This document shows, in pieces, positions 28,621-37,764 of a DNA stretch of 64,000 nt (positions are counted from its first letter, which is position 1; each line of letters starts with the position of its first letter). This stretch comes from an uncultured Clostridium sp. Its GTDB lineage: Bacteria; Bacillota; Clostridia; TANB77; CAG-508. The notes beneath the pieces were generated by a model, which searched no databases, was not told the DNA's origin, and saw only the letters and a list, made by a program, of their open reading frames with translations. Location of the stretch: assembly GCA_947367845.1 (NCBI GenBank), contig CANBES010000005.1:5072-69071 (forward strand), given 5' to 3'. The position numbers and the translations under genes are program-made.

Positions 28621-28963
28621 AGAGTAAATTAAATAGTCGCTGGTAAATTCCGAAAGGAACTACGAGAGGAAAGTCCGGGCTCCATAGAGCAAAGATGCTA
28701 GATAACGTCTAGTGAGGGTGACCTTAAGGAAAGTGCAACAGAAAATAACCGCCGAGAGGTAAGGGTGAAAAGGCGAGGTAAGAGCTCACCGCTGTTATAG
28801 TGATATAACAGGTCAGTGTAAACCCCATCTGGAGCAACACCTAAGAAAGAAGATTAAGCCTGCTCGGCAACTTCTTGAATTGCGTGGCTTGAAGTATATA
28901 GCAATATATACTCTAGATAAATGACTATTTTAAAAGACAGAACCCGGCTTACAGATTTACTCT
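28621..28963 (+). ncRNA. rnpB: RNase P RNA (bacterial, Firmicute type-B-like)
   Basis: Universal P4 strands GAGGAAAGTCCGGGCTCC (28666-) and ACAGAACCCGGCTTA (28937-). P1 pairing AGAGTAAAT / ATTTACTCT at the two ends. No ORF; a terminator hairpin follows. Confidence 0.9.
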
Positions 28964-28983
28964 ATATAAATTAAATACAATTC

Positions 28984-29015
28984 AAAATTGATATATTAGA
29001 TATATCAATTTTTTA
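28984..29015 (+). terminator. terminator after rnpB
   Basis: AAAATTGATATA / TATATCAATTTT 12-bp stem plus a T-run. Confidence 0.65.
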
Positions 29016-29112
29016 TGTTTTAATGTCAAATAATGTTGATAAAAAGCAAGATTTAGTATATAATGATAGCAATTAATGAAACAAAAGAAATAATAAACAA
29101 AGGAAGATAATA

Positions 29113-30393
29113 ATGAATGAAGAAATAACGAAAGCAAGAAAGCAGAACCTAAAGCTATACTCAATGTATAGAACTATATCTTTAGACTTAATTTTTTACT
29201 ATGCAATAGAGTATTTATTCTTAACAGAAGTAAAACGCCTAAATCCGTCTAGTGTAGTATTAGGAAGTGCATTCTATGCAACATTTATGGTAATATTACA
29301 AATCCCAGCAAGTGTAGTAGTAGACAGAGTAGGAACAAAAAGATGTACAATAATAGCAAATATATTTAATATGATATTTATACTTCTAGTACTAAACACA
29401 TCAAATTTACAAACACTCATATTAGCACAATTTGTAAGTGCATTATGTTTCTCGTTAAAAAACGTATCAGATAAAGCATTAATACAATATACGATTCCAG
29501 AAACGAGAAAAAAAGGAGAAATATTTTCAAAGCTAGAAGGAGAAGGAACAAAAAACTACTATATAATAAATGCAATAACATCATTACTATCAGGATTTTT
29601 ATACTTAGTAAATCCATATATGCCAATGATATGTTCTTTTCTATTTGCAGCATTAGCAACATTTATATCATTAGGATTTGTTGACATACAAAAACTAAAA
29701 CACGAAAAAATGGAGAAGAAAAAAACTACAGAATACTTCTTAGAACTAAAAGATGTTTTAAAATTTATTATAAATTCCCAAAGATTAAGAAGTTTATTCT
29801 TGTATAGTGGAATATGTTGGGGAATATACAACTTAGTAAATACATATAGAAGCAGTTTGTTAGTAGATATAAATGTGCCACCAGAACTTATTACAGCAAT
29901 AGCGGCAATAGCAGGAGTTGCATCAGCAATTGGGTCGAAACAACAACTAAAAATACATAAAAGATTTAGAAATCAATCGTTAAGTTTACTTTTAATAATG
30001 CTAACATCAGGGACTATAATTGCAGGAATTGTAGGAGTGTTAAACTTTTCATATACTATGTCAATTACAATAGTAACAATATGTTTTATAGCTATCAACT
30101 TCGCAAAAGGAGTATATGAAGTACTAACAAGCAGATATTTAAGCAACTTTACAACAGAAAAAGAATTGACACAAATATATGCAATAGATGAAACTTGTAG
30201 AAATGGATTAAGAGCTATATTAGGATTTTTAGGTTCATACTTACTAGAAATAACAAGTGCAGCAAACTCACTTATTTTAATAGGAATAATGTTAGTAATT
30301 ATAACTTGTAGTCTAATTAGCTACATGAAAACAAGATTAGGATTAAAACCAGACGAATATTCAGAAAGTGAAATAAGAATAAAAAGGATGTAA
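29113..30393 (+). CDS. MFS transporter
   Basis: About 12 hydrophobic helices; a DRVGTKR loop motif between TM2 and TM3. Confidence 0.8.
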   Translation: MNEEITKARKQNLKLYSMYRTISLDLIFYYAIEYLFLTEVKRLNPSSVVLGSAFYATFMVILQIPASVVVDRVGTKRCTIIANIFNMIFILLVLNTSNLQTLILAQFVSALCFSLKNVSDKALIQYTIPETRKKGEIFSKLEGEGTKNYYIINAITSLLSGFLYLVNPYMPMICSFLFAALATFISLGFVDIQKLKHEKMEKKKTTEYFLELKDVLKFIINSQRLRSLFLYSGICWGIYNLVNTYRSSLLVDINVPPELITAIAAIAGVASAIGSKQQLKIHKRFRNQSLSLLLIMLTSGTIIAGIVGVLNFSYTMSITIVTICFIAINFAKGVYEVLTSRYLSNFTTEKELTQIYAIDETCRNGLRAILGFLGSYLLEITSAANSLILIGIMLVIITCSLISYMKTRLGLKPDEYSESEIRIKRM

Positions 30394-30410
30394 AATAGGG
30401 GGACTATAAA

Positions 30411-32027
30411 ATGTATGAAAGAAGTGCAATTGTATTAGAAAGATGTTTTGAAAAACTTTTTAAATTCAATCAAGAAATAAACTTAAAAACAAATTACATA
30501 AACTTTAGTGAAATTGTAGAACAAATAAAAGAATATCAAAAAACATCAATCGAAGAAGAAAATGTGATTGGAAAATTTGATGAAATAGCAGAGAAAATAG
30601 AGGGAATTCAAAAACAACAAATAAAAATTTCAGAGGTAAACTTACAACTAGAAACAGAAAGGAATCAACTTTTTAATGATTTAGGAGAAAATCCAAACGC
30701 ATTAGATAGCAAATTAAACTCTATAGAGAGAACACTAAATGAAAACAATGAAACACTAAGAAAATTGAGAAGTGAATATGTAGAAGCATTAGTAATATTT
30801 ACAGAAAGACAAAAAGAAAGAAATAAATATTCGAGACTAAGAAGAAAAGTTGAAGCAGATCATATAAATAATATAAAAAATGCAAACAAAGAATTTGAAA
30901 AAATAGACATAAAAGATGTTCAAGCTTTAAAAAAATATATAAATGTTGAAAAAGAACAATACAAAGAAAAAATAGTTAACACAATGATTAAAAATGGAAA
31001 AAATGAGAAAGTACCATTTAATAATGATGTTATAGAAAAAGCAGTAGAAGCAAGAATAGATATTTCTGAAAAAGAAGCGGAAATATATGTTAGTGTATAT
31101 GAAAGAATGAAAAAACTACTGATAGAACTAGAAAGTGAAAATATAAAACTATCAAAATCAGAAAAACTTTTAAGAGATGCAACTGTTAAATTGAATTTTT
31201 TAAATAGTAAAAAAGAATACATAGTAGGTTTTCTAGACAATGAAAGACTTACAGCAATAAACGGAAGAAACACACATGAAGAATTAATGGAAGAAGCATG
31301 TCACAACTTTGAATTAGATATCCAACAAATAGATAATTTATATGAATTAGTATTAAGAGAAACAGTAGGAAAATCAACGAAAAAGGCTTACAATGAATTA
31401 TATAACAAAACATATTTACGTGATATACAACAAAAAGAAAGAAAATTTGAACAAGAGATTACAAACTTAAAAGTAAATATGGGAACAGTTATAAATTCAA
31501 ATTACTGGAGAATAGAAGGCATAAAAAACGTATATAACGTATTCCAAGAAGAAATAAGCGAGAAATTTGAAAAAGACTTATCTGAATATCAAATTGAAGA
31601 AATAGAAGAACCAATCATAAATATTGAAGAAGACGAAGAGGAAATTGAACAAGGATACAGCGAGAAATACGAAAACGAAAATGACGAATATGAAGAAATA
31701 GACGAAGAGTACTATGAGGATGATGACGAATACGAAGAATATGACGATGAAGATGATGACGAGTATGACGATGAAGATTACGAAGATGATGACGAGTATG
31801 ATGACGAGCATGATGATGAAGATTACGAAGACGAATATGACGATGATGATGAGTATTATGAAGAAGACGACGAGTATGAAGAAGATGGTGATAACGAAGA
31901 AGATAAAGACACATGGGAAGACAAAATGGACACGATAATTCAAAAAAACAAAAAGAAAAACAAAAAAGAACAAGAAGAAAAAAAGGAACAAGGGTTGTTG
32001 AATAAATGGTTTAAAAGAAAAGAATAG
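30411..32027 (+). CDS. hypothetical coiled-coil protein with an extreme D/E/Y-rich C-terminal region
   Basis: Starts 18 nt after the MFS gene. Heptad-like K/E-rich body, then ~110 aa of DEY repeats (31600-31920) and a basic KKNKK tail. Confidence 0.65.
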   Translation: MYERSAIVLERCFEKLFKFNQEINLKTNYINFSEIVEQIKEYQKTSIEEENVIGKFDEIAEKIEGIQKQQIKISEVNLQLETERNQLFNDLGENPNALDSKLNSIERTLNENNETLRKLRSEYVEALVIFTERQKERNKYSRLRRKVEADHINNIKNANKEFEKIDIKDVQALKKYINVEKEQYKEKIVNTMIKNGKNEKVPFNNDVIEKAVEARIDISEKEAEIYVSVYERMKKLLIELESENIKLSKSEKLLRDATVKLNFLNSKKEYIVGFLDNERLTAINGRNTHEELMEEACHNFELDIQQIDNLYELVLRETVGKSTKKAYNELYNKTYLRDIQQKERKFEQEITNLKVNMGTVINSNYWRIEGIKNVYNVFQEEISEKFEKDLSEYQIEEIEEPIINIEEDEEEIEQGYSEKYENENDEYEEIDEEYYEDDDEYEEYDDEDDDEYDDEDYEDDDEYDDEHDDEDYEDEYDDDDEYYEEDDEYEEDGDNEEDKDTWEDKMDTIIQKNKKKNKKEQEEKKEQGLLNKWFKRKE

Positions 32028-32045
32028 TTATGTAACTGGAAAACA

Positions 32046-32074
32046 TTGACAAACGCCTTTTTTAGTGTTATAAT
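32046..32074 (+). promoter_or_regulatory. consensus sigma-A-like promoter upstream of the 51-aa ORF
   Basis: TTGACA - 17 nt - TATAAT with a TGT extension. Confidence 0.5.
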
Positions 32075-32140
32075 TAAAATGCGCTAAGATGTATTTATGG
32101 ATTAGTGCTAGAAGTATTTTATTACAGGAGGGTAAAAGAC

Positions 32141-32296
32141 ATGGATGTAAAAGAAATACTTGGAGATGCAAAACTTGTAGAATTTTTTTGGAACAGGAAA
32201 ATAACATTATGTGATGGTAGCATTTTTACTACACTTCAAAAATACCTTGAAACTTTTCCCGAACAAAAAGCCTACTTGGCAAAAGCAATAAAATAA
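32141..32296 (+). CDS. small hypothetical protein (51 aa)
   Basis: ATG 32141 after a GGAGGG RBS. A consensus sigma-A-like promoter lies upstream and a strong terminator downstream. Confidence 0.55.
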   Translation: MDVKEILGDAKLVEFFWNRKITLCDGSIFTTLQKYLETFPEQKAYLAKAIK

Positions 32297-32300
32297 TCCA

Positions 32301-32333
32301 AAAAAGAAACCGAAAATTTCGGTTTCTTTTTTT
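32301..32333 (+). terminator. rho-independent terminator after the 51-aa ORF
   Basis: AGAAACCGAAA A TTTCGGTTTCT followed by TTTTTTT. Confidence 0.8.
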
Positions 32334-32335
32334 GT

Positions 32336-32394
32336 GCCAATGGGGACGGTCCTTAATGGCAGGAAACTGCCAAAAAGGTCCGTCCCCATTGGCA
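32336..32394. repeat. GGGGAC-core palindromic repeat, type A, full dimer
   Basis: TGCCAATGGGGACGGTCCTTAATGGCAGGAAACTGCCAAAAAGGTCCGTCCCCATTGGCA. Confidence 0.9.
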
Positions 32395-32398
32395 GGGT

Positions 32399-32914
32399 TC
32401 AATTATCTAAAAAAACTTTTTGAACATACAATTTATTAGCAAAAGATTGAACAACATTTCTCAAAAGATATTGCTCTTGAGAAAGTCGATTATTATTAAT
32501 ATAATTTTCTCCAGTAAAAGTCATTTTAATAGCTTTTTCCAATTCAGAGCAAAAGCGATTATATGATTGGTCAACAGGGGAAGTCTCAATTGCCAATTTT
32601 AGTAATTTTTTTATTTCATCAATACTATAAATTTGCTTCAAAATAAATATGACAAATAAATGAGCAATATGTGACCTACTGTATTTTTTTGCAACAGGTG
32701 GTTTAATTACACCATTTTTAACATAATTATTAATCATAGTTTTAGTAACTGCCTTTTCCTTCTTTTCGTCATCACTCTTTATAAAATTTGATAAATTGTT
32801 ATCTAATAAAGAAACAACCTGGTCAATGTATAAATCTATTTCAGGAATTTCTATCCATCTAGGAATATGAAATTTCTTAATTTCTTCCTCATTATAAACT
32901 TTTTTTCCTTCCAT
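32399..32914 (-). CDS. DUF1836 domain-containing protein (putative DNA-binding)
   Basis: IPRWIEIPEIDLYIDQV...TKTMINNYVKNGVIKPP..KKYSRSHIA resembles DUF1836. Confidence 0.7.
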   Translation of the reverse strand: MEGKKVYNEEEIKKFHIPRWIEIPEIDLYIDQVVSLLDNNLSNFIKSDDEKKEKAVTKTMINNYVKNGVIKPPVAKKYSRSHIAHLFVIFILKQIYSIDEIKKLLKLAIETSPVDQSYNRFCSELEKAIKMTFTGENYINNNRLSQEQYLLRNVVQSFANKLYVQKVFLDN

Positions 32915-32959
32915 AAAATCACCTCGATATACATAATAATAACATTTTTTGAAAGGTTA

Positions 32960-32973
32960 GTCAACTACTTGAC
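32960..32973. promoter_or_regulatory. candidate operator palindrome in the divergent DUF1836 / acyl-CoA ligase intergenic region
   Basis: GTCAA-CTAC-TTGAC perfect inverted repeat overlapping a TTGACA -35-like hexamer. Confidence 0.3.
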
Positions 32974-33028
32974 ATGTTATTTGATATATGATAATCTAGT
33001 ATTGAAAACTAGATATAGGAGAATAAAA

Positions 33029-34747
33029 ATGGAAAGAAAAAAATACTTTGATGCAACTGAACACGAAAACATAAGAGAAATCTTATATGCTTCAGCGGAA
33101 AAATATGGAGAAGGAACAGCTTTTATATTAAAACACAAAGAAAACAAGAATGTAAAATATGAAAATGTAAGTTATAAAAGATTATTAGAAGAAGTAAATG
33201 CACTTGGAACAAAATTCTATCAACTAGGATACAAAGACAAAAGAATAGCAATAGTAGGAAGAAATAGATATGAATGGGTATTAACACATTTAGCAAATTT
33301 ATCAGGAGGAATAGTAAGTGTTCCATTAGATAAAGAATTGCAAGTAGATGAACTAGAAAGCTGTATAAAAAGAAGTAAAGCAGATGTAGTTGTATTTGAC
33401 GAAAAATACATAGAAAACATAGAAGAAATAAAAAGAAGAAATGATACAAATGCTAAAGAATATATCTGTATGTCACAACAAGAAAATTATTTAGACATAC
33501 CAAGCTTGTTAAAAGAAGGAAAAAACTTAATAGCAACTGGGGATAAAGAATATATAAATGCAGAAATAGATTCATACAAAATGAATATATTACTATTTAC
33601 ATCAGGAACAACATCAAAATCAAAAGCAGTAATGTTATCACAAAACAATATAGCATCAAACGTATATGCAATGCAATTAGTAGAAGGAATATATCCAACA
33701 GATGTAAATTTAGCATTTTTACCAATGCACCATATATTTGGTTCAACAGAAATAATAGTTATGCTAGCATGTGGAGTTGCAACAGCATTTCCAGACGGAT
33801 TACGTTATGTAGCACAAAACTTAAAAGAATATAAAGTAACGATATTTGTTGGAGTACCACTATTATTAGAAGCAATTTATTCAAAAATAGAAAAAGGTGT
33901 AAAAAAACAAGGAAAAACAAAAACAGTAGAAATAGCAAAAAAAGTAAGCAACTTTTTAAGATTTTTCCACATAGACATCAGAAAAAAAATATTTAAACAA
34001 ATTCTAAACGAACTAGGAGGACATCTAAGATTTGTAATATCAGGTGGAGCACCATTGGATAAAAAAGTAGCACAAGGATTTAATGAGTTAGGAATAGACG
34101 TAGCACAAGGATATGGACTAACAGAAACATCACCAGTAATTGTAGCAGAAGATGTAAAAAGAACAAAATATGGCTCTATTGGATTTCCAATGTACAATGT
34201 AGAAGTTGAATTTGTAAATAAAGATGAAAATGGAATAGGAGAACTTAGAGCAAAAGGCCCAAATATAATGCTAGGATATTATGAAAATCCAGAAGCAACA
34301 AAAGAAGTTTTAAAGGATGGATGGTTCTATACAGGAGATTTAGGATATGCAGACAAAAAAGGATATCTATTTATAACTGGAAGAAAAAAAGATATGATAG
34401 TTCTTAAAAATGGTAAAAAAGTATTTCCAGAAGAATTAGAAATTTTAATAAACAGATTAGAAGAAGTAGAAGAATGTATGGTCTTTGGAATTCCAGATAA
34501 AAAAGACAAAAATGATGTGAAATTATCAGTTAAAATTGTGTATAATAAAGATGTTGTAAAAGAAAAATATGGAGATATTGAAAAAGAAAAATTAAATGAA
34601 ATCATATGGCAAAAAGTGAAAGAAATAAATAAAACATTTCCACCATATAAGTATATAAAAAATATGATTTTAACAGATAAAGAATTAATAAAAACAACAA
34701 CTAAAAAGATAAAAAGAAACGAAGAAATGAAATTAATACAAAAATAG
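33029..34747 (+). CDS. AMP-dependent synthetase/long-chain fatty acid--CoA ligase
   Basis: ATG 33029 after an AGGAG RBS. LFTSGTTSKSKAV (AMP-binding motif I), GYGLTETS, YTGDLG and GRKKD. Confidence 0.88.
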   Translation: MERKKYFDATEHENIREILYASAEKYGEGTAFILKHKENKNVKYENVSYKRLLEEVNALGTKFYQLGYKDKRIAIVGRNRYEWVLTHLANLSGGIVSVPLDKELQVDELESCIKRSKADVVVFDEKYIENIEEIKRRNDTNAKEYICMSQQENYLDIPSLLKEGKNLIATGDKEYINAEIDSYKMNILLFTSGTTSKSKAVMLSQNNIASNVYAMQLVEGIYPTDVNLAFLPMHHIFGSTEIIVMLACGVATAFPDGLRYVAQNLKEYKVTIFVGVPLLLEAIYSKIEKGVKKQGKTKTVEIAKKVSNFLRFFHIDIRKKIFKQILNELGGHLRFVISGGAPLDKKVAQGFNELGIDVAQGYGLTETSPVIVAEDVKRTKYGSIGFPMYNVEVEFVNKDENGIGELRAKGPNIMLGYYENPEATKEVLKDGWFYTGDLGYADKKGYLFITGRKKDMIVLKNGKKVFPEELEILINRLEEVEECMVFGIPDKKDKNDVKLSVKIVYNKDVVKEKYGDIEKEKLNEIIWQKVKEINKTFPPYKYIKNMILTDKELIKTTTKKIKRNEEMKLIQK

Positions 34748-34775
34748 AAACAATATATACAAAAAAGAAGAAGGA

Positions 34776-35066
34776 TTAAACTCCTTCTTCTAAAAGTTTT
34801 ACTGTTGGGTTATAAATTGTCAGCGTAAAATTCTTTTTTTCAGATTCAAAATCAATGACAAGGGGAGTAATACCTGTAAGCAAATCTGTAAGAACTCTTA
34901 CAGGAAATTTCACTTTCCCAGAAAACTCTTTCAAAGTGTTTCCGAGTTCAATATCATTGGTTTGAACAATCAAATTTTCTCCATCGGTGAAGAATAGAAA
35001 ACTCGCAAAGGTTACGCACGAATCTACCTCAAAAACTTTTTTCGGTGGTTGTGTCAAGTTAGACAT
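34776..35066 (-). CDS. hypothetical protein (96 aa)
   Basis: ATG 35066 after a GAGAGG RBS on the minus strand. No family recognised. Confidence 0.5.
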   Translation of the reverse strand: MSNLTQPPKKVFEVDSCVTFASFLFFTDGENLIVQTNDIELGNTLKEFSGKVKFPVRVLTDLLTGITPLVIDFESEKKNFTLTIYNPTVKLLEEGV

Positions 35067-35150
35067 AAAAACCTCTCTTTCTATAAAATAAGCTAATTGC
35101 TTATACACTAAGTATAACATAGAATATAACATAAAACAAGCAAGATGATA

Positions 35151-35501
35151 CTAAACTTCAATTATTTTTAAATTAAACTTATCTTCAAATACTTTTTTCT
35201 TAGCAATATACTCTTTTGTCTTAAACCCCTTAACATCAATAACCTCTGGAGATTTATTATTATAAAAAACAATAAAATCCGCTTTATACTTTAAACCAGG
35301 AGCTAAAATAAAAGTAGGTTGCAAACAGAAACCATCAATCTCTTTAGCTTGTAATTTTAATTTTAACTCACAATAATAATCAGCTTCTTTTTGACTATCA
35401 AAAGTATTACCATCAATAGACACTTTCTTTGCCCTATACTTACTTTTACGAATAGATTTATTCGTAAAATTCTTATAATCTTCAACACTCCAATGCTCCA
35501 T
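35151..35501 (-). CDS. DUF1064 domain-containing protein (phage-associated PD-(D/E)XK-like fold)
   Basis: MEHWSVEDYKNF...KYRAKKVSIDGNTFDSQKEADYYCELKL...DFIVF...EVIDVKG fits the DUF1064 pattern. Confidence 0.65.
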   Translation of the reverse strand: MEHWSVEDYKNFTNKSIRKSKYRAKKVSIDGNTFDSQKEADYYCELKLKLQAKEIDGFCLQPTFILAPGLKYKADFIVFYNNKSPEVIDVKGFKTKEYIAKKKVFEDKFNLKIIEV

Positions 35502-35606
35502 AAATAAAATCTCCCTATAAATAAAATCTTTACCAATTATATATAAAAAACAAAAAAAGTGCAACAAGAATTGAAATTTTAAAAATAAAGTTATATAATT
35601 GCAAGT

Positions 35607-35637
35607 GATGTTTTTAGGGACGGAGCAAAAAAACATC
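35607..35637 (+). repeat. GGGGAC-core hairpin repeat, type C
   Basis: GATGTTTTTAGGGACGGAGCAAAAAAACATC. Confidence 0.85.
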
Positions 35638-35655
35638 GATTTTCTGAAGAAGGAG

Positions 35656-35703
35656 TGTCCCCAATGGCAAAAAATTGCCAAAAAGGTCCGTCCCCAATGG
35701 CAA
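35656..35703. repeat. GGGGAC-core repeat, type A (one partial unit plus one full unit)
   Basis: GTGTCCCCAATGGCAAAAAATTGCCAAAAAGGTCCGTCCCCAATGGCAA. Adjacent to a type-C unit. Confidence 0.85.
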
Positions 35704-35718
35704 TAAGGAGAAAAATAG

Positions 35719-37398
35719 ATGAGATATATAAATAAAGAAAAATTGGATAAAATAAAATTAGAACCAAATAATATGTATGTTGTAATAGATTTTGACAGAA
35801 CGATAACAGCGAAAGACAGCCAAGATTCGTGGGATGCAGCAGCAATTATGCTTGGTGAAGAATTTGCAAAAAAATCATATGAGTTATATCAAAAATATAG
35901 GCCAATTGAACAAGACTATACAATAACATATAAAGAAAAAAATAAAGCAATGGAAATATGGTATAAATCATGTATGGATTTGTATTATGAATATGGTCTA
36001 ACGAAAGAAAAGTTAGAGAAATCAGTACAAAAAAGTGGATTAAAATTTAGAGATGGACTGGAAGACTTCTTAAAAGAAATGAATGAAAAAGATGTTCCAG
36101 TAATAATATGTTCAGCAGGGATAGGAAATGTGATTGAACTATATCTAAAAGCTAATAATTGTTATTACAAAAATATGTATATAATAAGTAATTTTTTGAC
36201 GTTTAATGCAGAAGGTCAGATAGAGGAATATAAAAACAAATTAATACACACAATGAATAAGACGATAAATGGGAATTTACCAGAAGAAATTCAGAAAAAG
36301 TTAGAAGGAAGGCAGTACAAATTGTTATTAGGAGATACAATAGAAGATAAGCAAATGCTAGGTGAAGGCGAAATGTCAAGCACAATAACAGTTGGATTTT
36401 TGAATGATAAAATAGAACAAAATTTAGAACTTTATAAAAAAGAATTTGATGTATGCATAGTAGAAGATGTGTCCCAAAATGGACAAAATGTCCAAAAGGA
36501 AACGTCTCCAAATGTCCATGACGTTATAATAGTAGGGGCAGGGCCTGCTGGAATATCGGCTTCGCTTTATGTAGGGAGAGCGAATTTAAAAACTTTGGTG
36601 TTATATGCAGGAAAGGGTAAAAATAATGAAGATGCGAGTGCTTTAGAAAAAACAGATAAAATAGAAAATTACTATGGATTTGCAAAAGGTGTAAATGGAA
36701 AGAAATTATATGAAGAAGGAATTGAGCAAGCTAAAAGTATCGGAATAGAAATAAAAAATGAAGAAGTGGTTAAAATAGAAAAAGAAGACAAATTTATTAT
36801 AACAACATCAAAAGCTCAATATAAAGCAAAATCTGTAATCTTAAGTACAGGAAACAAGAAAAACAAGCCGAAGATAGAAGGAATTAAGGATTTAGAAGGA
36901 AAAGGCGTAAGTTACTGTGCAATTTGTGATGGTTTTTTCTACAAAAACAAAAATGTAGCAGTCCTAGGAAACGGAGATTATGCTATTTCGGAAGCGAATG
37001 ACTTAATTAACATAGCAAATAACATAACAATTTTAACAAATGGTAAAACGGCACCTGAATTTAGAGCTGATAATGTAAAGATAGACACAAGAAAAATTAA
37101 AGCAATCAAAGGTAAAAATAGAGTTGAAAAAGTAGAATTTGAAGACGGAAACAACTTAGAGGTTGATGGGGTTTTTGTGGCTCAAGGAGTTGCTGGAAGC
37201 AGAGAATTCGCCAAAAAACTAGGATTAGCAACACAAAAAGAAAATATAATTGTAAATCAAAATATGGAAACTAACATCAAAGGATTATTTGCTTGCGGAG
37301 ATTGTACAGGTGGAGTTTTACAAATAGCAAAAGCTGTATATGAGGGAATGACAGCTGGAATGCAAGCTATTAAATATATAAAAATGGAGGAAATGTAA
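35719..37398 (+). CDS. trxB: single ORF fusing an HAD-superfamily (UMPH-1-type 5'-nucleotidase-like) domain to thioredoxin-disulfide reductase through a repeat-encoded linker
   Basis: N-terminal VVIDFDRTIT (HAD motif I). A type-B repeat at 36467-36517 is read in frame as VSQNGQNVQKETSPNV. This is followed by DVIIVGAGPAG, the CAICDG redox centre and GNGDYAISEA of TrxR. No stop codon and no obvious internal start. Confidence 0.75.
   Translation: MRYINKEKLDKIKLEPNNMYVVIDFDRTITAKDSQDSWDAAAIMLGEEFAKKSYELYQKYRPIEQDYTITYKEKNKAMEIWYKSCMDLYYEYGLTKEKLEKSVQKSGLKFRDGLEDFLKEMNEKDVPVIICSAGIGNVIELYLKANNCYYKNMYIISNFLTFNAEGQIEEYKNKLIHTMNKTINGNLPEEIQKKLEGRQYKLLLGDTIEDKQMLGEGEMSSTITVGFLNDKIEQNLELYKKEFDVCIVEDVSQNGQNVQKETSPNVHDVIIVGAGPAGISASLYVGRANLKTLVLYAGKGKNNEDASALEKTDKIENYYGFAKGVNGKKLYEEGIEQAKSIGIEIKNEEVVKIEKEDKFIITTSKAQYKAKSVILSTGNKKNKPKIEGIKDLEGKGVSYCAICDGFFYKNKNVAVLGNGDYAISEANDLINIANNITILTNGKTAPEFRADNVKIDTRKIKAIKGKNRVEKVEFEDGNNLEVDGVFVAQGVAGSREFAKKLGLATQKENIIVNQNMETNIKGLFACGDCTGGVLQIAKAVYEGMTAGMQAIKYIKMEEM
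36467..36517 (-). repeat. GGGGAC-core repeat, type B, embedded in frame inside the HAD-TrxR ORF
   Basis: ATGTGTCCCAAAATGGACAAAATGTCCAAAAGGAAACGTCTCCAAATGTCC. Near-identical to the copy at 45707. Confidence 0.88.
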
Positions 37399-37399
37399 A

Positions 37400-37714
37400 A
37401 TGAGTGTTTTAAAAATAACAAGTGAAAACTATGAAGAAGAAGTATTAAATTCAAAGAAAAAAGTATTAATTGACTTTTATGCAGATTGGTGCGGACCATG
37501 TAAAATGATGGCACCGATAGTAGAAGAAATTGCTGATGAATTAGAAGGGAAAATAAAAGTTGGAAAAGTAAATGTTGATGATAATCAAGATTTAGCAATG
37601 GAATACGGAATTATGAGTATTCCAACATTAGTAATAATAGAAAATGGAGAAGCAGTTAGAACTCTTGTAGGGTTTAGAAGCAAAGAAGAATTAATAGAAA
37701 TTTTATCAAAATGA
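37400..37714 (+). CDS. trxA: thioredoxin
   Basis: WCGPC active site; 104 aa; immediately downstream of trxB. Confidence 0.93.
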   Translation: MSVLKITSENYEEEVLNSKKKVLIDFYADWCGPCKMMAPIVEEIADELEGKIKVGKVNVDDNQDLAMEYGIMSIPTLVIIENGEAVRTLVGFRSKEELIEILSK

Positions 37715-37743
37715 TGTTTTTGGGGACGGAGCAAAAAAACATC
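37713..37743 (+). repeat. GGGGAC-core hairpin repeat, type C (overlaps the trxA stop codon)
   Basis: GATGTTTTTGGGGACGGAGCAAAAAAACATC. The TGA of trxA is at 37712-37714. Confidence 0.9.
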
Positions 37744-37764
37744 ACTAAAAAAGGTATTAAAACA

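Noticed and set aside
31714-31938. ORFs 31714-31938(+) and 31615-31914(-), with M/T/K-rich or H/R-rich products.
   Set aside because: They are alternative frames of the GAT/GAA/TAT repeat tract of the acidic protein and are composition artefacts.
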